A stretch of DNA of 32,000 nucleotides, from contig NZ_CP080507.1 of assembly GCF_019464535.1 (NCBI RefSeq), positions 750,001 to 782,000 on the forward strand. The letters are read 5' to 3'. The notes below the pieces were generated by a model. It made no database searches. It had not been told where the DNA came from and saw nothing but the letters and a program-made list of their open reading frames with translations. This stretch comes from Horticoccus luteus (lineage in GTDB: Bacteria > Verrucomicrobiota > Verrucomicrobiia > Opitutales > Opitutaceae). This document shows, one piece after another, positions 9,342 through 17,164 of the stretch. How positions within the stretch are numbered: the stretch's first letter is position 1; every line of letters begins with the position of its first letter. Position numbers and translations under genes: made by a program.

Positions 9342-11222
9342 ATGAAACTCGAAAGCTACGGATTTATTGGAGACACCCACACGGGCGCATTGGTCGGCTT
9401 GAACGGCTCGATCGACTGGCTGTGTCTGCCGCGCTTCGACGCGCCGGCATGTTTCGCGGCGCTTTTGGGCACGGAGGAAAATGGCTGCTGGCGGATTGCG
9501 CCGGCGGACCAGGAGGCGACGTCGAAGCATCGTTACCGGCAGGACACGATGATTCTGGAAACGGAATTTGAGACGAAGGAAGGCGTGGTGCGCGTCGTGG
9601 ACTGCATGCCGCCGCGGGGGAATTTCCGCGAAGTAGTGCGGCTGGTGGAAGGCGTGAAAGGCGAGGTGGCGATGGAGATGAAGCTCATCATCCGCACCGA
9701 TTATGGGCGGACGGTGCCCTGGGTGCGGCACGGCGACGGCGGGCTGCTCGCGATCGCGGGACCGGATGCGCTGGTGTTGCGCGCGAGTGTGCGGACGCAG
9801 GGGGAAGGGCTGACGACGGTGGCGCGTTTCAAAGTGAAGGCGGGCGAGCGGCAGACTCTCGTGTTGAGCTGGCATCGTTCGCACGAGACCTCGCCGGATC
9901 CGATCGACGCGTTGCGGGCGGTGGAGCACACGGAATATTTTTGGCGCGAGTGGGCGGCGCGGTGCACGTATCGCGGGGAGTGGCGCGAGCAAGTGGTGCG
10001 TTCGCTGCTCACGTTGAAGGCACTGACCTACAAGCTGACGGGCGGCATCGTGGCGGCGCTGACGACGTCGTTGCCGGAGGAGATCGGCGGCGTGCGCAAC
10101 TGGGATTATCGTTACTGCTGGCTGCGCGATGCGACGTTCTCGCTCTATTCGTTCATGGAGGCGGGTTACACGGAGGAGGCGTCGGCGTGGGGCGACTGGC
10201 TGCTGCGCGCGGTGGCGGGTGATCCGTCGCAGTTGCAGATCATGTATGGCGCGGCGGGCGAGCGGATGTTGACGGAAGTGGAGTTGAAGCACCTCGCCGG
10301 CTACGAAAACTCGCGGCCGGTGCGGCTCGGGAATGCGGCGTCGGAGCAGTTCCAACTCGACGTGTATGGCGAAGTGGTCGACGCGATGCATCTGGCGCGG
10401 AACGTGGGGATCCGCATGGGCGGGGACGCGTGGAAATTACAGCGGCATCTGATCGACTTCGTGGTGCGGCACTGGGCGGAACCCGACGAAGGCATTTGGG
10501 AAATTCGCGGACCGCGGCGGCATTTTACGCACTCGAAAGTGATGGCGTGGGTCGCGATGGACCGCGCGGTGAAGGCGGTCGAGGAATATGGCTTCGAGGG
10601 CGATCTGGAACTGTGGCGCGACGTGCGGCAGCGGATTTTTGACGATGTCTGCGCGAAAGGCTTCAGCGAGAAGCACGGGGCATTTACGCAGTATTACGGC
10701 AGCGACCGGCTGGACGCGAGTGTGCTGATGATTCCGCTGGTCGGCTTTTTGCCGGCGACGGATCCGCGGGTGCAGGGCACGGTGGAAGCGATCCAAAAGC
10801 ATTTGATGCGCGACGGCCTCGTGTATCGGTATCACCCGGACGCTTCGGGCGACGTGGACGGCTTGCCGCCGGGCGAGGGGGCGTTTTTGCCGTGCTCGTT
10901 CTGGCTCGTGGACTGTCTCTGTCTGCTGGATCGCCGGGGTGAAGCGCGGAAGTTGTTTTGTCACCTGATGAGTCTGAGCAATGAAATCGGGTTGCTCGCG
11001 GAGGAATATAATCCGCACCTGAAGCGGATGGTGGGCAATTTTCCGCAGGCGTTTTCGCACGTCGGTCTGGTGAACTCGGCGCAAAATCTCTCCGAGGATT
11101 TCCGGCCGGCGGAGCATCGCAGCGCGCAGACAGAGGAAGAGCGCGACCGCCAGAAGCCAGCGACGGCGGAAGCGTCGACGGGTGATGAATCCGCCGCGCC
11201 AGGGCGGCGGATGGAGCAGTGA
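9342..11222 (+). CDS. Glycoside hydrolase family 15 protein (glucoamylase/trehalase-type)
   Basis: The N-terminus YGFIGDTHTGALVGLNGSIDWLCLPRFDAPACFAALLG and the later NWDYRYCWLRDATFSLY and QLDVYGEV are characteristic of bacterial GH15 enzymes. It lies 70 nt after treY on the same strand. Confidence 0.8.
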   Translation: MKLESYGFIGDTHTGALVGLNGSIDWLCLPRFDAPACFAALLGTEENGCWRIAPADQEATSKHRYRQDTMILETEFETKEGVVRVVDCMPPRGNFREVVRLVEGVKGEVAMEMKLIIRTDYGRTVPWVRHGDGGLLAIAGPDALVLRASVRTQGEGLTTVARFKVKAGERQTLVLSWHRSHETSPDPIDALRAVEHTEYFWREWAARCTYRGEWREQVVRSLLTLKALTYKLTGGIVAALTTSLPEEIGGVRNWDYRYCWLRDATFSLYSFMEAGYTEEASAWGDWLLRAVAGDPSQLQIMYGAAGERMLTEVELKHLAGYENSRPVRLGNAASEQFQLDVYGEVVDAMHLARNVGIRMGGDAWKLQRHLIDFVVRHWAEPDEGIWEIRGPRRHFTHSKVMAWVAMDRAVKAVEEYGFEGDLELWRDVRQRIFDDVCAKGFSEKHGAFTQYYGSDRLDASVLMIPLVGFLPATDPRVQGTVEAIQKHLMRDGLVYRYHPDASGDVDGLPPGEGAFLPCSFWLVDCLCLLDRRGEARKLFCHLMSLSNEIGLLAEEYNPHLKRMVGNFPQAFSHVGLVNSAQNLSEDFRPAEHRSAQTEEERDRQKPATAEASTGDESAAPGRRMEQ

Positions 11223-11237
11223 GCGCCGCGCGAGGCG

Positions 11238-12176
11238 TCAGTTGACGACGTTGACGGGCGCGCCGGTGAGAAACGCGCGGACGTTTTCGGTGGCCACGTG
11301 CATGAGACGCGTGCGGGCGGCAGTGGTGGCCCACGCGAGGTGCGGCGTGATGAGACAGTTGCGCGCCGTGTATAGCGGATGCGCGGCGGGCGGGGGCTCG
11401 GTGGCGAGGACGTCGAGCGCGGCGCCAGCGAGCTGGCCGGCGTTGAGCGCGGCGGCGAGGGCGGGTTCGTCGATCAACGGCCCGCGGCTCGTGTTGATCA
11501 AAAACGCGCCGGGCTTCAGGAGGCGCAGGGAGTCGGCGTTGATGAGGTTGCGGGTGGCGTCGGTGAGCGGGCAGTGGAGAGAAACCACATCGCTCGTGCG
11601 CAACACGTGGGCGAGTTCGGCGGCGCCGCCGGCGCGCGTGGCGAATTGCACACGCATGCCGAACGCGCGGCCGAGATCCGCGACAGTCTGGCCGATGCGG
11701 CCGGCGCCGATGAGGCCGAGCGTGAGGCCTTCGAGTTCGATGAGCGGCGTGTCCCAGTAGGAAAAATCCGCGGAGCGCGCCCAGCGGCCTTCGCGCACGG
11801 TGGCGGCGTGGAGGCCGACGTGTTGCGTGAGCTCGAGCAACAGGGCGAAAACGTGCTGCGCGACGGAGCGTGTGCCGTAGGTGGGGACGTTGCAGACGGT
11901 GACGCCGCGCGCGCGGGCCGCGGCGACATCGATGATGTTGTAGCCGGTGGCGAGCACGCCGATGTAGCGCAAGGCGGGGAGTTGCGCGAGCGTAGCCGCG
12001 GAGAGCGGAGTCTTGTTGGTGAGCAGCAGTTCGGCCTTTGCGCCGCGGGTGACGATCTCTTCGGTGGGAGTGCGGTCGTGGATCGTGCAAGCAGCGAGCG
12101 CCTCGAGGGGCGCCCAGGAGAGGTCGCCAGGATTCAGGGTGTAGCCGTCGAGCACCACAAGCGAAGGAAGACTCAT
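11238..12176 (-). CDS. D-isomer-specific 2-hydroxyacid dehydrogenase (glycerate dehydrogenase / hydroxypyruvate reductase-like)
   Basis: NAD-binding motif: GLIGAGRIGQTVA. Catalytic region: LINTSRGPLIDEPAL...AALDV...ITPHLAW. The start is set at ATG 12176 (MSLPSLVVLDGY); the longer ORF to 12320 has an implausible Arg-rich extension. Confidence 0.8.
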   Translation of the reverse strand: MSLPSLVVLDGYTLNPGDLSWAPLEALAACTIHDRTPTEEIVTRGAKAELLLTNKTPLSAATLAQLPALRYIGVLATGYNIIDVAAARARGVTVCNVPTYGTRSVAQHVFALLLELTQHVGLHAATVREGRWARSADFSYWDTPLIELEGLTLGLIGAGRIGQTVADLGRAFGMRVQFATRAGGAAELAHVLRTSDVVSLHCPLTDATRNLINADSLRLLKPGAFLINTSRGPLIDEPALAAALNAGQLAGAALDVLATEPPPAAHPLYTARNCLITPHLAWATTAARTRLMHVATENVRAFLTGAPVNVVN

Positions 12177-12513
12177 GGCGCCATTCGGAAGGCGCGAAGA
12201 ACGCCGGGCAACGCAGAAGAGGAGCGATGACGCATGGGGGATGTGCGCGAGAGGCCGGCGCGAGACAACGATCTGTCGACGCGCGGGCGTGGTCGCGTGG
12301 AGCGCGCGCCATGACCACACAGGGTGGGCGTCGGAAGTCGTCAGTGGGCGGGAGCCGGCTCAGGAGGTGAAATGAGCGGGGTGGCGGCTCGCAGCCGTGG
12401 AATCGGTTGGAGCGAGGCGCCGATAGGGTGTTGTCCCCAGCAAAAACGGTCAGATGCAATCGCGTAGGGGCACGGATATTCGCGACGCGCGAGAGACAGT
12501 AAGCTTCTGCGCG

Positions 12514-13080
12514 ATGAAAGCCTACTTCCCGCGTTCGCTGTTTCGGTTTCAGGTGCTGCTGGCGCTGGTGATGCTCGCCGGTGCGCTCATGGGGGGTGGT
12601 TGTGCGACTTATTCGCCGGAGAAGAATCTTTCGTTGCTGCTGGAGTCAGCGCCCGTGCCGCGGCTGGTGCCGGCGGGCAAAGAGTTCGCGACGGCGGATC
12701 GCGTGGCGAAGCCGGCGGCGGGGGACGTGGCGTTTGCGGGCGTGGGCGAATCGATGGAGCCCATGTATGCGCCGGGCACGGCGATTATCGCGCGCAAATG
12801 CGCGTTCAATGAGCTGCGTGCGGGCATGGCGGTGGTGTATCTCAACACGGACGGCCACTACGTCGCCCATATGCTGCTGGAAAACACCCGCCGCGGTTGG
12901 ACGGCGATCGGCGTCAATAATGCGGATCCGGATGCGGATCTGGTTACGCCGTGGAATTTGGTGGGCGTGGTGCGGGAGGCTTTCGTGGCGAATACAGCGA
13001 AGCTTAACCCGATGGTGGCGGCGAAAATCTCGTTGCGCGACAGCTTGGAGCACGGCGTTTACGCGATGGCGGCGGAGTAG
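12514..13080 (+). CDS. Exported (possibly lipid-anchored) S24/S26 peptidase-fold protein
   Basis: Signal-like N-terminus: MKAYFPRSLFRFQVLLALVMLAGALMGGGC. It also has a GESMEPMY motif (compare G-[DE]-S-M of LexA and signal peptidase I), then RAGMAVVY and a terminal LVGVVRE strand, matching the LexA C-terminal layout. Start chosen at ATG 12514. Confidence 0.5.
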   Translation: MKAYFPRSLFRFQVLLALVMLAGALMGGGCATYSPEKNLSLLLESAPVPRLVPAGKEFATADRVAKPAAGDVAFAGVGESMEPMYAPGTAIIARKCAFNELRAGMAVVYLNTDGHYVAHMLLENTRRGWTAIGVNNADPDADLVTPWNLVGVVREAFVANTAKLNPMVAAKISLRDSLEHGVYAMAAE

Positions 13081-13236
13081 ATCGTCCGCGCGGCGGCGGA
13101 CACCGGAGCGGAGAACCGGACGAGCCGGGACAGGATTTGCGCGCGGCGACGAAACCGGCCGGGAGGTGCGATCGCGCGCGTGAGCGGGAGGGAAGATGGG
13201 CGGTTAAAGACTTGGCAGGCCGCACGCGGCGGACTA

Positions 13237-13258
13237 TAAGATGTTTCCACTCATCTTA
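13237..13258. promoter_or_regulatory. 7-bp inverted repeat (TAAGATG-n8-CATCTTA) just upstream of the RBS of the elaB/yqjD-like gene
   Basis: TAAGATG at 13237-13243 and CATCTTA at 13252-13258 sit in a locally AT-rich patch that also contains TATAAG. GAGAGGAG lies 8 nt before the ATG at 13275. Confidence 0.25.
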
Positions 13259-13274
13259 AGAGAGGAGTCATATC

Positions 13275-13610
13275 ATGGAGACACATTTCCCAAACATGGA
13301 AGAGGCTTACGGTCAGATGGCGCGCGATCGCGTGCTGGCGGATTTGCGGGCGCTCGCCGGTGACGCGGAAGCCTTGCTCAAGGCCACCACCGGCGATGCC
13401 GGCGACAAAGCGAAGGAAATTCGCGGGCGCTTGGCGGCGGCGATCGAAAGGGCCAAGGGCACTTACACGGACTTGCAGGCGCAAGGCATCGAATCCGCGA
13501 AGGAAGCGGCGCGGAAGGCGGACCGCACGATTCGCAATCACCCGTATGAGTCGATCGCGATTGCGCTCGGGGTGGGCGTGTTGCTCGGGGTGTTGCTGCG
13601 GCGGAAATAA
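13275..13610 (+). CDS. DUF883 / ElaB-YqjD family tail-anchored membrane stress protein
   Basis: It has a coiled, charged N-terminal region (LKATTGDAGDKAKEIRGRLAAAIERAK). The typical C-terminus is R..NHPYESIAIALGVGVLLGVLLRR, i.e. the P-x-x-(S/A)-I-A-x-G TM anchor. A strong RBS is present. Confidence 0.75.
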   Translation: METHFPNMEEAYGQMARDRVLADLRALAGDAEALLKATTGDAGDKAKEIRGRLAAAIERAKGTYTDLQAQGIESAKEAARKADRTIRNHPYESIAIALGVGVLLGVLLRRK

Positions 13611-13615
13611 GCGCG

Positions 13616-14005
13616 ATGGCGAACGGCGACGAAATCGGCGGCGGCACGCTGGACTCGGTCCGGCGGCTGGGGCAATCGGTCCTCGGATTGCTGCAGACGC
13701 GCGTGGAGCTCGTCGCGGTGGAGTTGCAGGAGCAACGGCTGCGGACGATCGATTCGCTCGTGTGGCTCGCGGCGGCGATGGGGCTGGCGATCGCGGCGGT
13801 GCTCGTGGTGGTCGGAGCGCTGGCGTTGTGGCTTTGGCAGACCGCGGGATATGCGGGACTGGCCGGGCTGGCGGTCGTGACGGCGATCGGCGCAGGGTTT
13901 TTATTCTGGCATCTTCGGCGGCGGATTCTGCATGGGCCGCAACCGTTTGAGGCGACGGTGGAGGAATTTCGAAAGGATCTCGCATGTCTGCGTCGGGAGG
14001 AATGA
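13616..14005 (+). CDS. YqjE-like (DUF1469, 'holin-X' superfamily) inner-membrane protein
   Basis: LLQTRVELVAVELQEQR is followed by two hydrophobic helices. It sits directly after the DUF883 gene, as in the E. coli yqjD-yqjE-yqjK arrangement. Confidence 0.6.
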   Translation: MANGDEIGGGTLDSVRRLGQSVLGLLQTRVELVAVELQEQRLRTIDSLVWLAAAMGLAIAAVLVVVGALALWLWQTAGYAGLAGLAVVTAIGAGFLFWHLRRRILHGPQPFEATVEEFRKDLACLRREE

Positions 14006-14292
14006 ACGAACTCGTCGCGCGGCGGCGCGCGTTGGTCGCGCAAGCGGATCTGCACCGGGAAATTTTTGCGGTGGAGCGGCTGCGTTTGGAATTACGCGGC
14101 GTGCAGGCGCGGCAATTCCTGGCCGAACATCGCTGGTGGCTGGTGGGCGGCGCGGCGGCGGCGGGTGGGTTGTTGCTGACGCGGCGCGCCCGCGGACTGT
14201 TCGGTTGGCTGCCGACGCTGGTGTCCGTCGCGAGAACGGCGTTGAAAAATTTTCAGGGCATGAGCGGGCCGCAGAACAGCGGCAGCGAGTAG
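14002..14292 (+). CDS. YqjK-like small membrane protein
   Basis: A charged N-terminal helix (ARRRALVAQADLHREIFAVERLRL) is followed by one TM segment. The ATG at 14002 overlaps the upstream stop as ATGA; an alternative ATG lies at 13984. Confidence 0.5.
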   Translation: MNELVARRRALVAQADLHREIFAVERLRLELRGVQARQFLAEHRWWLVGGAAAAGGLLLTRRARGLFGWLPTLVSVARTALKNFQGMSGPQNSGSE

Positions 14293-14459
14293 AAGACGGG
14301 TGCGCCTGGGACGGTTTTAGGAATACGGGCGCGGGCGGCGAGGCGGCGGGCGTCTGCGGCGCACGAAAATTCGCGGTTGCTGGCTGGACGAAGCGAGCGC
14401 GAGTTGCCTAGCCTGCGGCATGCAATACCTCCCTGTTCAACCCGGATGCGCCCCGTGGC

Positions 14460-15479
14460 GTGGCGACGCGTTTTAATGGCGCGGCTCAGGCTGAGATTTT
14501 TCGCTCGAGACCAGCGAGCGGGCGGACGAGCGGCGCAGCGTGCGCGTGGCTTTCTCGCGTGACGCCATTGCGGCCAGTGGCTTGGCGGGTGGCGTTTCCC
14601 CGCGCGGGTGACGGCGTGTCGGCGGCGGACGCGATGTCGGTCGGTGTGCCGTGGCTCGCCGGGCCGCACGCGGAGGAGATTTTCACGGATGCGCGAGAGG
14701 TGTCGGCGCGGGCCGGCGTGGCGTTGGCAGAGTCGGGCGATCTGCTGTTGGGTTTTGGGGCGGTCGATTTGGCAGGGCGCGACCTGGCGGCGGCGGCGGG
14801 CGAACTTTACGCGCGGGTGCTGGAAGCGGCGCGGGGCCTGCATCTTTACCGGGTGTGGAATTACGTGCCGGCGATCAATGCGGCGACGGCCGGGCTGGAA
14901 AACTACCGCGCGTTTTGCCGGGGGCGTTCGCTGGCGTTTGAGACGGATTTTGGCACGGGGTTTCAGCGCCAACTGCCGGCGGCCTCGGCGGTGGGGACGG
15001 ATGCGGAACGGTTGAGCGTGCTGTTTGTGGCGGGGGGGGGGCAGCCGCGGCACATCGAGAATCCCGAGCAGGTGCCGGCGTATCTTTATCCGCCGGAACA
15101 CGGGCCGCGTTCACCGAGTTTCGCGCGGGCGACGGTCGTGGCGCAGCCGGCGGGGGAATGGGTGTTCATTTCCGGCACGGCGGCGATCAAGGGGCACGTG
15201 ACGATCGCGCCCGACGAACTCGATGAACAATTGACGTGCACGTTCGATAATTTGCGGATCATCGGCCGCGCGGCGGGGCTGGGCGCGGAACTCGGAAAGG
15301 GGGAGGGCGCGCAGCGTCACTTCAAAGTTTACTTGCGGCGGGCAGGCGATCTCGCGGCGGCGCAGCGGCGGATCGAGGCGGAATTGGTCACGCCGGACGA
15401 CCGCGTGATTTACGTGCGTTCGGATATTTGCCGGGCGGCGCTCGCGGTGGAGATTGAAGTGACGTTGGTGCCGCGGTGA
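14460..15479 (+). CDS. FkbO/Hyg5/XanB2-family chorismatase (hydroxybenzoate-forming), RidA/YjgF-like C-terminal domain
   Basis: The family signature LHLYRVWNYVPAINA is present. The C-terminal YjgF-like region is FISGTAAIKGH...LDEQLTCTFDNL...AVEIEV. The start is uncertain: GTG 14460, GTG 14559 or ATG 14634. The first ~30 aa of the long form are Arg-rich and doubtful. Confidence 0.65.
   Translation: MATRFNGAAQAEIFRSRPASGRTSGAACAWLSRVTPLRPVAWRVAFPRAGDGVSAADAMSVGVPWLAGPHAEEIFTDAREVSARAGVALAESGDLLLGFGAVDLAGRDLAAAAGELYARVLEAARGLHLYRVWNYVPAINAATAGLENYRAFCRGRSLAFETDFGTGFQRQLPAASAVGTDAERLSVLFVAGGGQPRHIENPEQVPAYLYPPEHGPRSPSFARATVVAQPAGEWVFISGTAAIKGHVTIAPDELDEQLTCTFDNLRIIGRAAGLGAELGKGEGAQRHFKVYLRRAGDLAAAQRRIEAELVTPDDRVIYVRSDICRAALAVEIEVTLVPR
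15032..15041 (+). repeat. G10 homopolymeric tract inside the chorismatase CDS
   Basis: Read directly: ...gtggc gggggggggg cagcc..., encoding A-G-G-G-Q. It is the longest mononucleotide run I noticed in the window. Confidence 0.9.
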
Positions 15480-15564
15480 GGCGGAGAGAGAGGGAAGCGC
15501 GGCGCAGTGCCGGGCCGAGGTGGCGCGAAGGTCAGGGTGCCCAGCGCGGAGGAGAAGTTAGCGC

Positions 15565-16806
15565 TCAAGCGCGCGGGGCGTAATCGGCGCCGCAGGCGCG
15601 GTTGAACATCGGCGTGGACATGAGCGTCGTGACAATCGCCATGAACACGAGGATCGAGAAGAGCGTGGGCGTGATGATGCCGCGCTCGAGGCCGATGTTG
15701 AGGATGATGAGTTCCATGAGGCCACGGGAATTCATCAGCGCGCCGAGGCCGAGGGCGTTGCGGTGCGTTTCGCCGCAGGCGCGGGCGGCGAGATAACAGG
15801 CGCCGGCCTTGCCGACGACAGCGGCGGCGAGCACGCCGAGTGTGACGAGCCAGAGCGCGGGGTCGTTGACGAGGTCGAAGCGCGTGTTGAGGCCGGAGTA
15901 GATGAAGAACAACGGCAGCAGGAGACTCGTCGTGAGCGGCTCGATGGTCTTTTGCAGGCTCTGCGCAAAGGCGCCCCGCGGCATCGCCACGCCGAGGAAA
16001 AACGCGCCGAACACGGCGTAGAGGCGGATCGTATCGGTGAACCACGCACAGAGGAGGAGTGCGACGAGCGTCCAGCACAACGCGGTGCGGGCGCCGCTTT
16101 CGCCGCGGTCTGCGAGGCGGTTGATCCAGCCGAGAGGAATGCGGCCGACGGTGAAGAGCAGGGCCACGAAGGCGAGGCCGCCGCCGATGGCGCGGATGGC
16201 GATTTGCGGGTCGTTCGCGAAGCTCGCGAGCACGAGCGCGAGGACGCCCCACGCCGCGGCGTCGTCGATGGCGCCCGCCGCGAGGGCGAGGGCGCCGACG
16301 GCGGTGCCGCTGAGGCCGCGTTCGAAGATGATGCGTGCGAGCATCGGGAAAGCGGTGATGGCCATGGCCGCACCGAGGAACGGGATCGCCTGCAAGGCGG
16401 TGACCGAGGGGGCGAAATAGGTGCCGTGGCCCAGCAGGAGCCACGCAATGCCGCAGCCGAGCGCAAACGGAGCGAGAATGCCGGAGGCCGAAATCAAGGT
16501 GACGCTCTGCAGGCGCGTGCGCAGGAGGTCGGTGCGAAAATCCAAGCCGACCGTGAACATGTATAACGCGAGGCCGAGTTGGGCGCCGGCGAAAATGATG
16601 GCGCGCGAATCCGCGGGAAAGAACGACGCCTGCGCGCCCGGGAAGAAGTAGCCGAAGATGGAAGGGCCGAGGATGACGCCCGCAATCATCTCGCCGACGA
16701 CGGGTGGCTGGCCGAGGCGAACGGAGGCCCAGCAGACCACACGACAAACCATGAGCACGACGGCCAGTTGGAGGAAAAAATGGACCGACAGGTCGAAAAC
16801 GCTCAT
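15565..16806 (-). CDS. CPA2-family monovalent cation:proton antiporter (membrane domain only, no RCK/TrkA tail)
   Basis: The N-terminus FLQLAVVLMVCRVV...LGQPPVVGEMIAGVILGPS is typical of Kef/NapA-type antiporters. The rest of the 413 aa is polytopic and hydrophobic. Confidence 0.8.
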   Translation of the reverse strand: MSVFDLSVHFFLQLAVVLMVCRVVCWASVRLGQPPVVGEMIAGVILGPSIFGYFFPGAQASFFPADSRAIIFAGAQLGLALYMFTVGLDFRTDLLRTRLQSVTLISASGILAPFALGCGIAWLLLGHGTYFAPSVTALQAIPFLGAAMAITAFPMLARIIFERGLSGTAVGALALAAGAIDDAAAWGVLALVLASFANDPQIAIRAIGGGLAFVALLFTVGRIPLGWINRLADRGESGARTALCWTLVALLLCAWFTDTIRLYAVFGAFFLGVAMPRGAFAQSLQKTIEPLTTSLLLPLFFIYSGLNTRFDLVNDPALWLVTLGVLAAAVVGKAGACYLAARACGETHRNALGLGALMNSRGLMELIILNIGLERGIITPTLFSILVFMAIVTTLMSTPMFNRACGADYAPRA

Positions 16807-17047
16807 GCGCGGCGCCTCCTATGGCAGAGCGCGGCCCACGGCGACAAGCCGGGAAGTGTGAGCACGGGGCGGCGGTGCGGGGCAACGCGATGCTCCTGCG
16901 TTGCGCTACGATCGGAAGCGGCAAGAGGAAGCGGTCGCGCGGTGCGCAGCGAGGGGCGGGGCGCGGCGCGGAGGCGGAGTGAGGGCATCCCGCCCACAGT
17001 TGGATAAAGCCGGGAATGAGAGAGCGCCGTTCAGCCATCGAGCGAAT

Positions 17048-17154
17048 CGACGAAACGCCGACGCGTTTCGCTACGACGTGAAACGGAGAGAGAAGGCGCT
17101 CACGCGGTGAGCGGCGTGCGCAACGACGAAACGCAGACGCGTTCCGCTACGACG
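17048..17154. repeat. Two copies of a 31-bp hairpin-containing direct repeat flanking a third small hairpin
   Basis: Copy 1 is 17048-17078 (cgacgaaacgccgacgcgtttcgctacgacg). Copy 2 is 17124-17154 (cgacgaaacgcagacgcgttccgctacgacg), matching at 29 of 31 positions. Copy 1 contains the perfect palindrome GAAACGC-n4-GCGTTTC. Between them, 17098-17112 reads GCTCAC-GCG-GTGAGC. Confidence 0.6.
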
Positions 17155-17164
17155 GGAGCCCGGA

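Noticed and set aside
10684-12459. A 591-aa minus-strand ORF spanning the GH15 3' end and the dehydrogenase gene.
   Set aside because: Its composition is Arg/Pro/Ala/His low complexity, and it is out of frame with the well-supported dehydrogenase CDS. I treat it as a shadow ORF.
13616-14005. A 'holin-X'-superfamily membrane protein as a hint of a prophage lysis cassette.
   Set aside because: It sits between DUF883 (ElaB/YqjD-like) and YqjK-like genes, the known chromosomal yqjD-E-K arrangement. No endolysin, spanin, terminase, capsid or integrase genes are nearby.
15410-17038. A 542-aa ORF overlapping the CPA2 antiporter, plus similar long ORFs at 17499..18521, 18518..19654, 27335..28120, 3398..4645, 4063..5073 and 4506..5516.
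   Set aside because: All are alternative-frame or antisense ORFs with Arg/Pro/Gly-dominated composition. Each overlaps a CDS that has clear family motifs.
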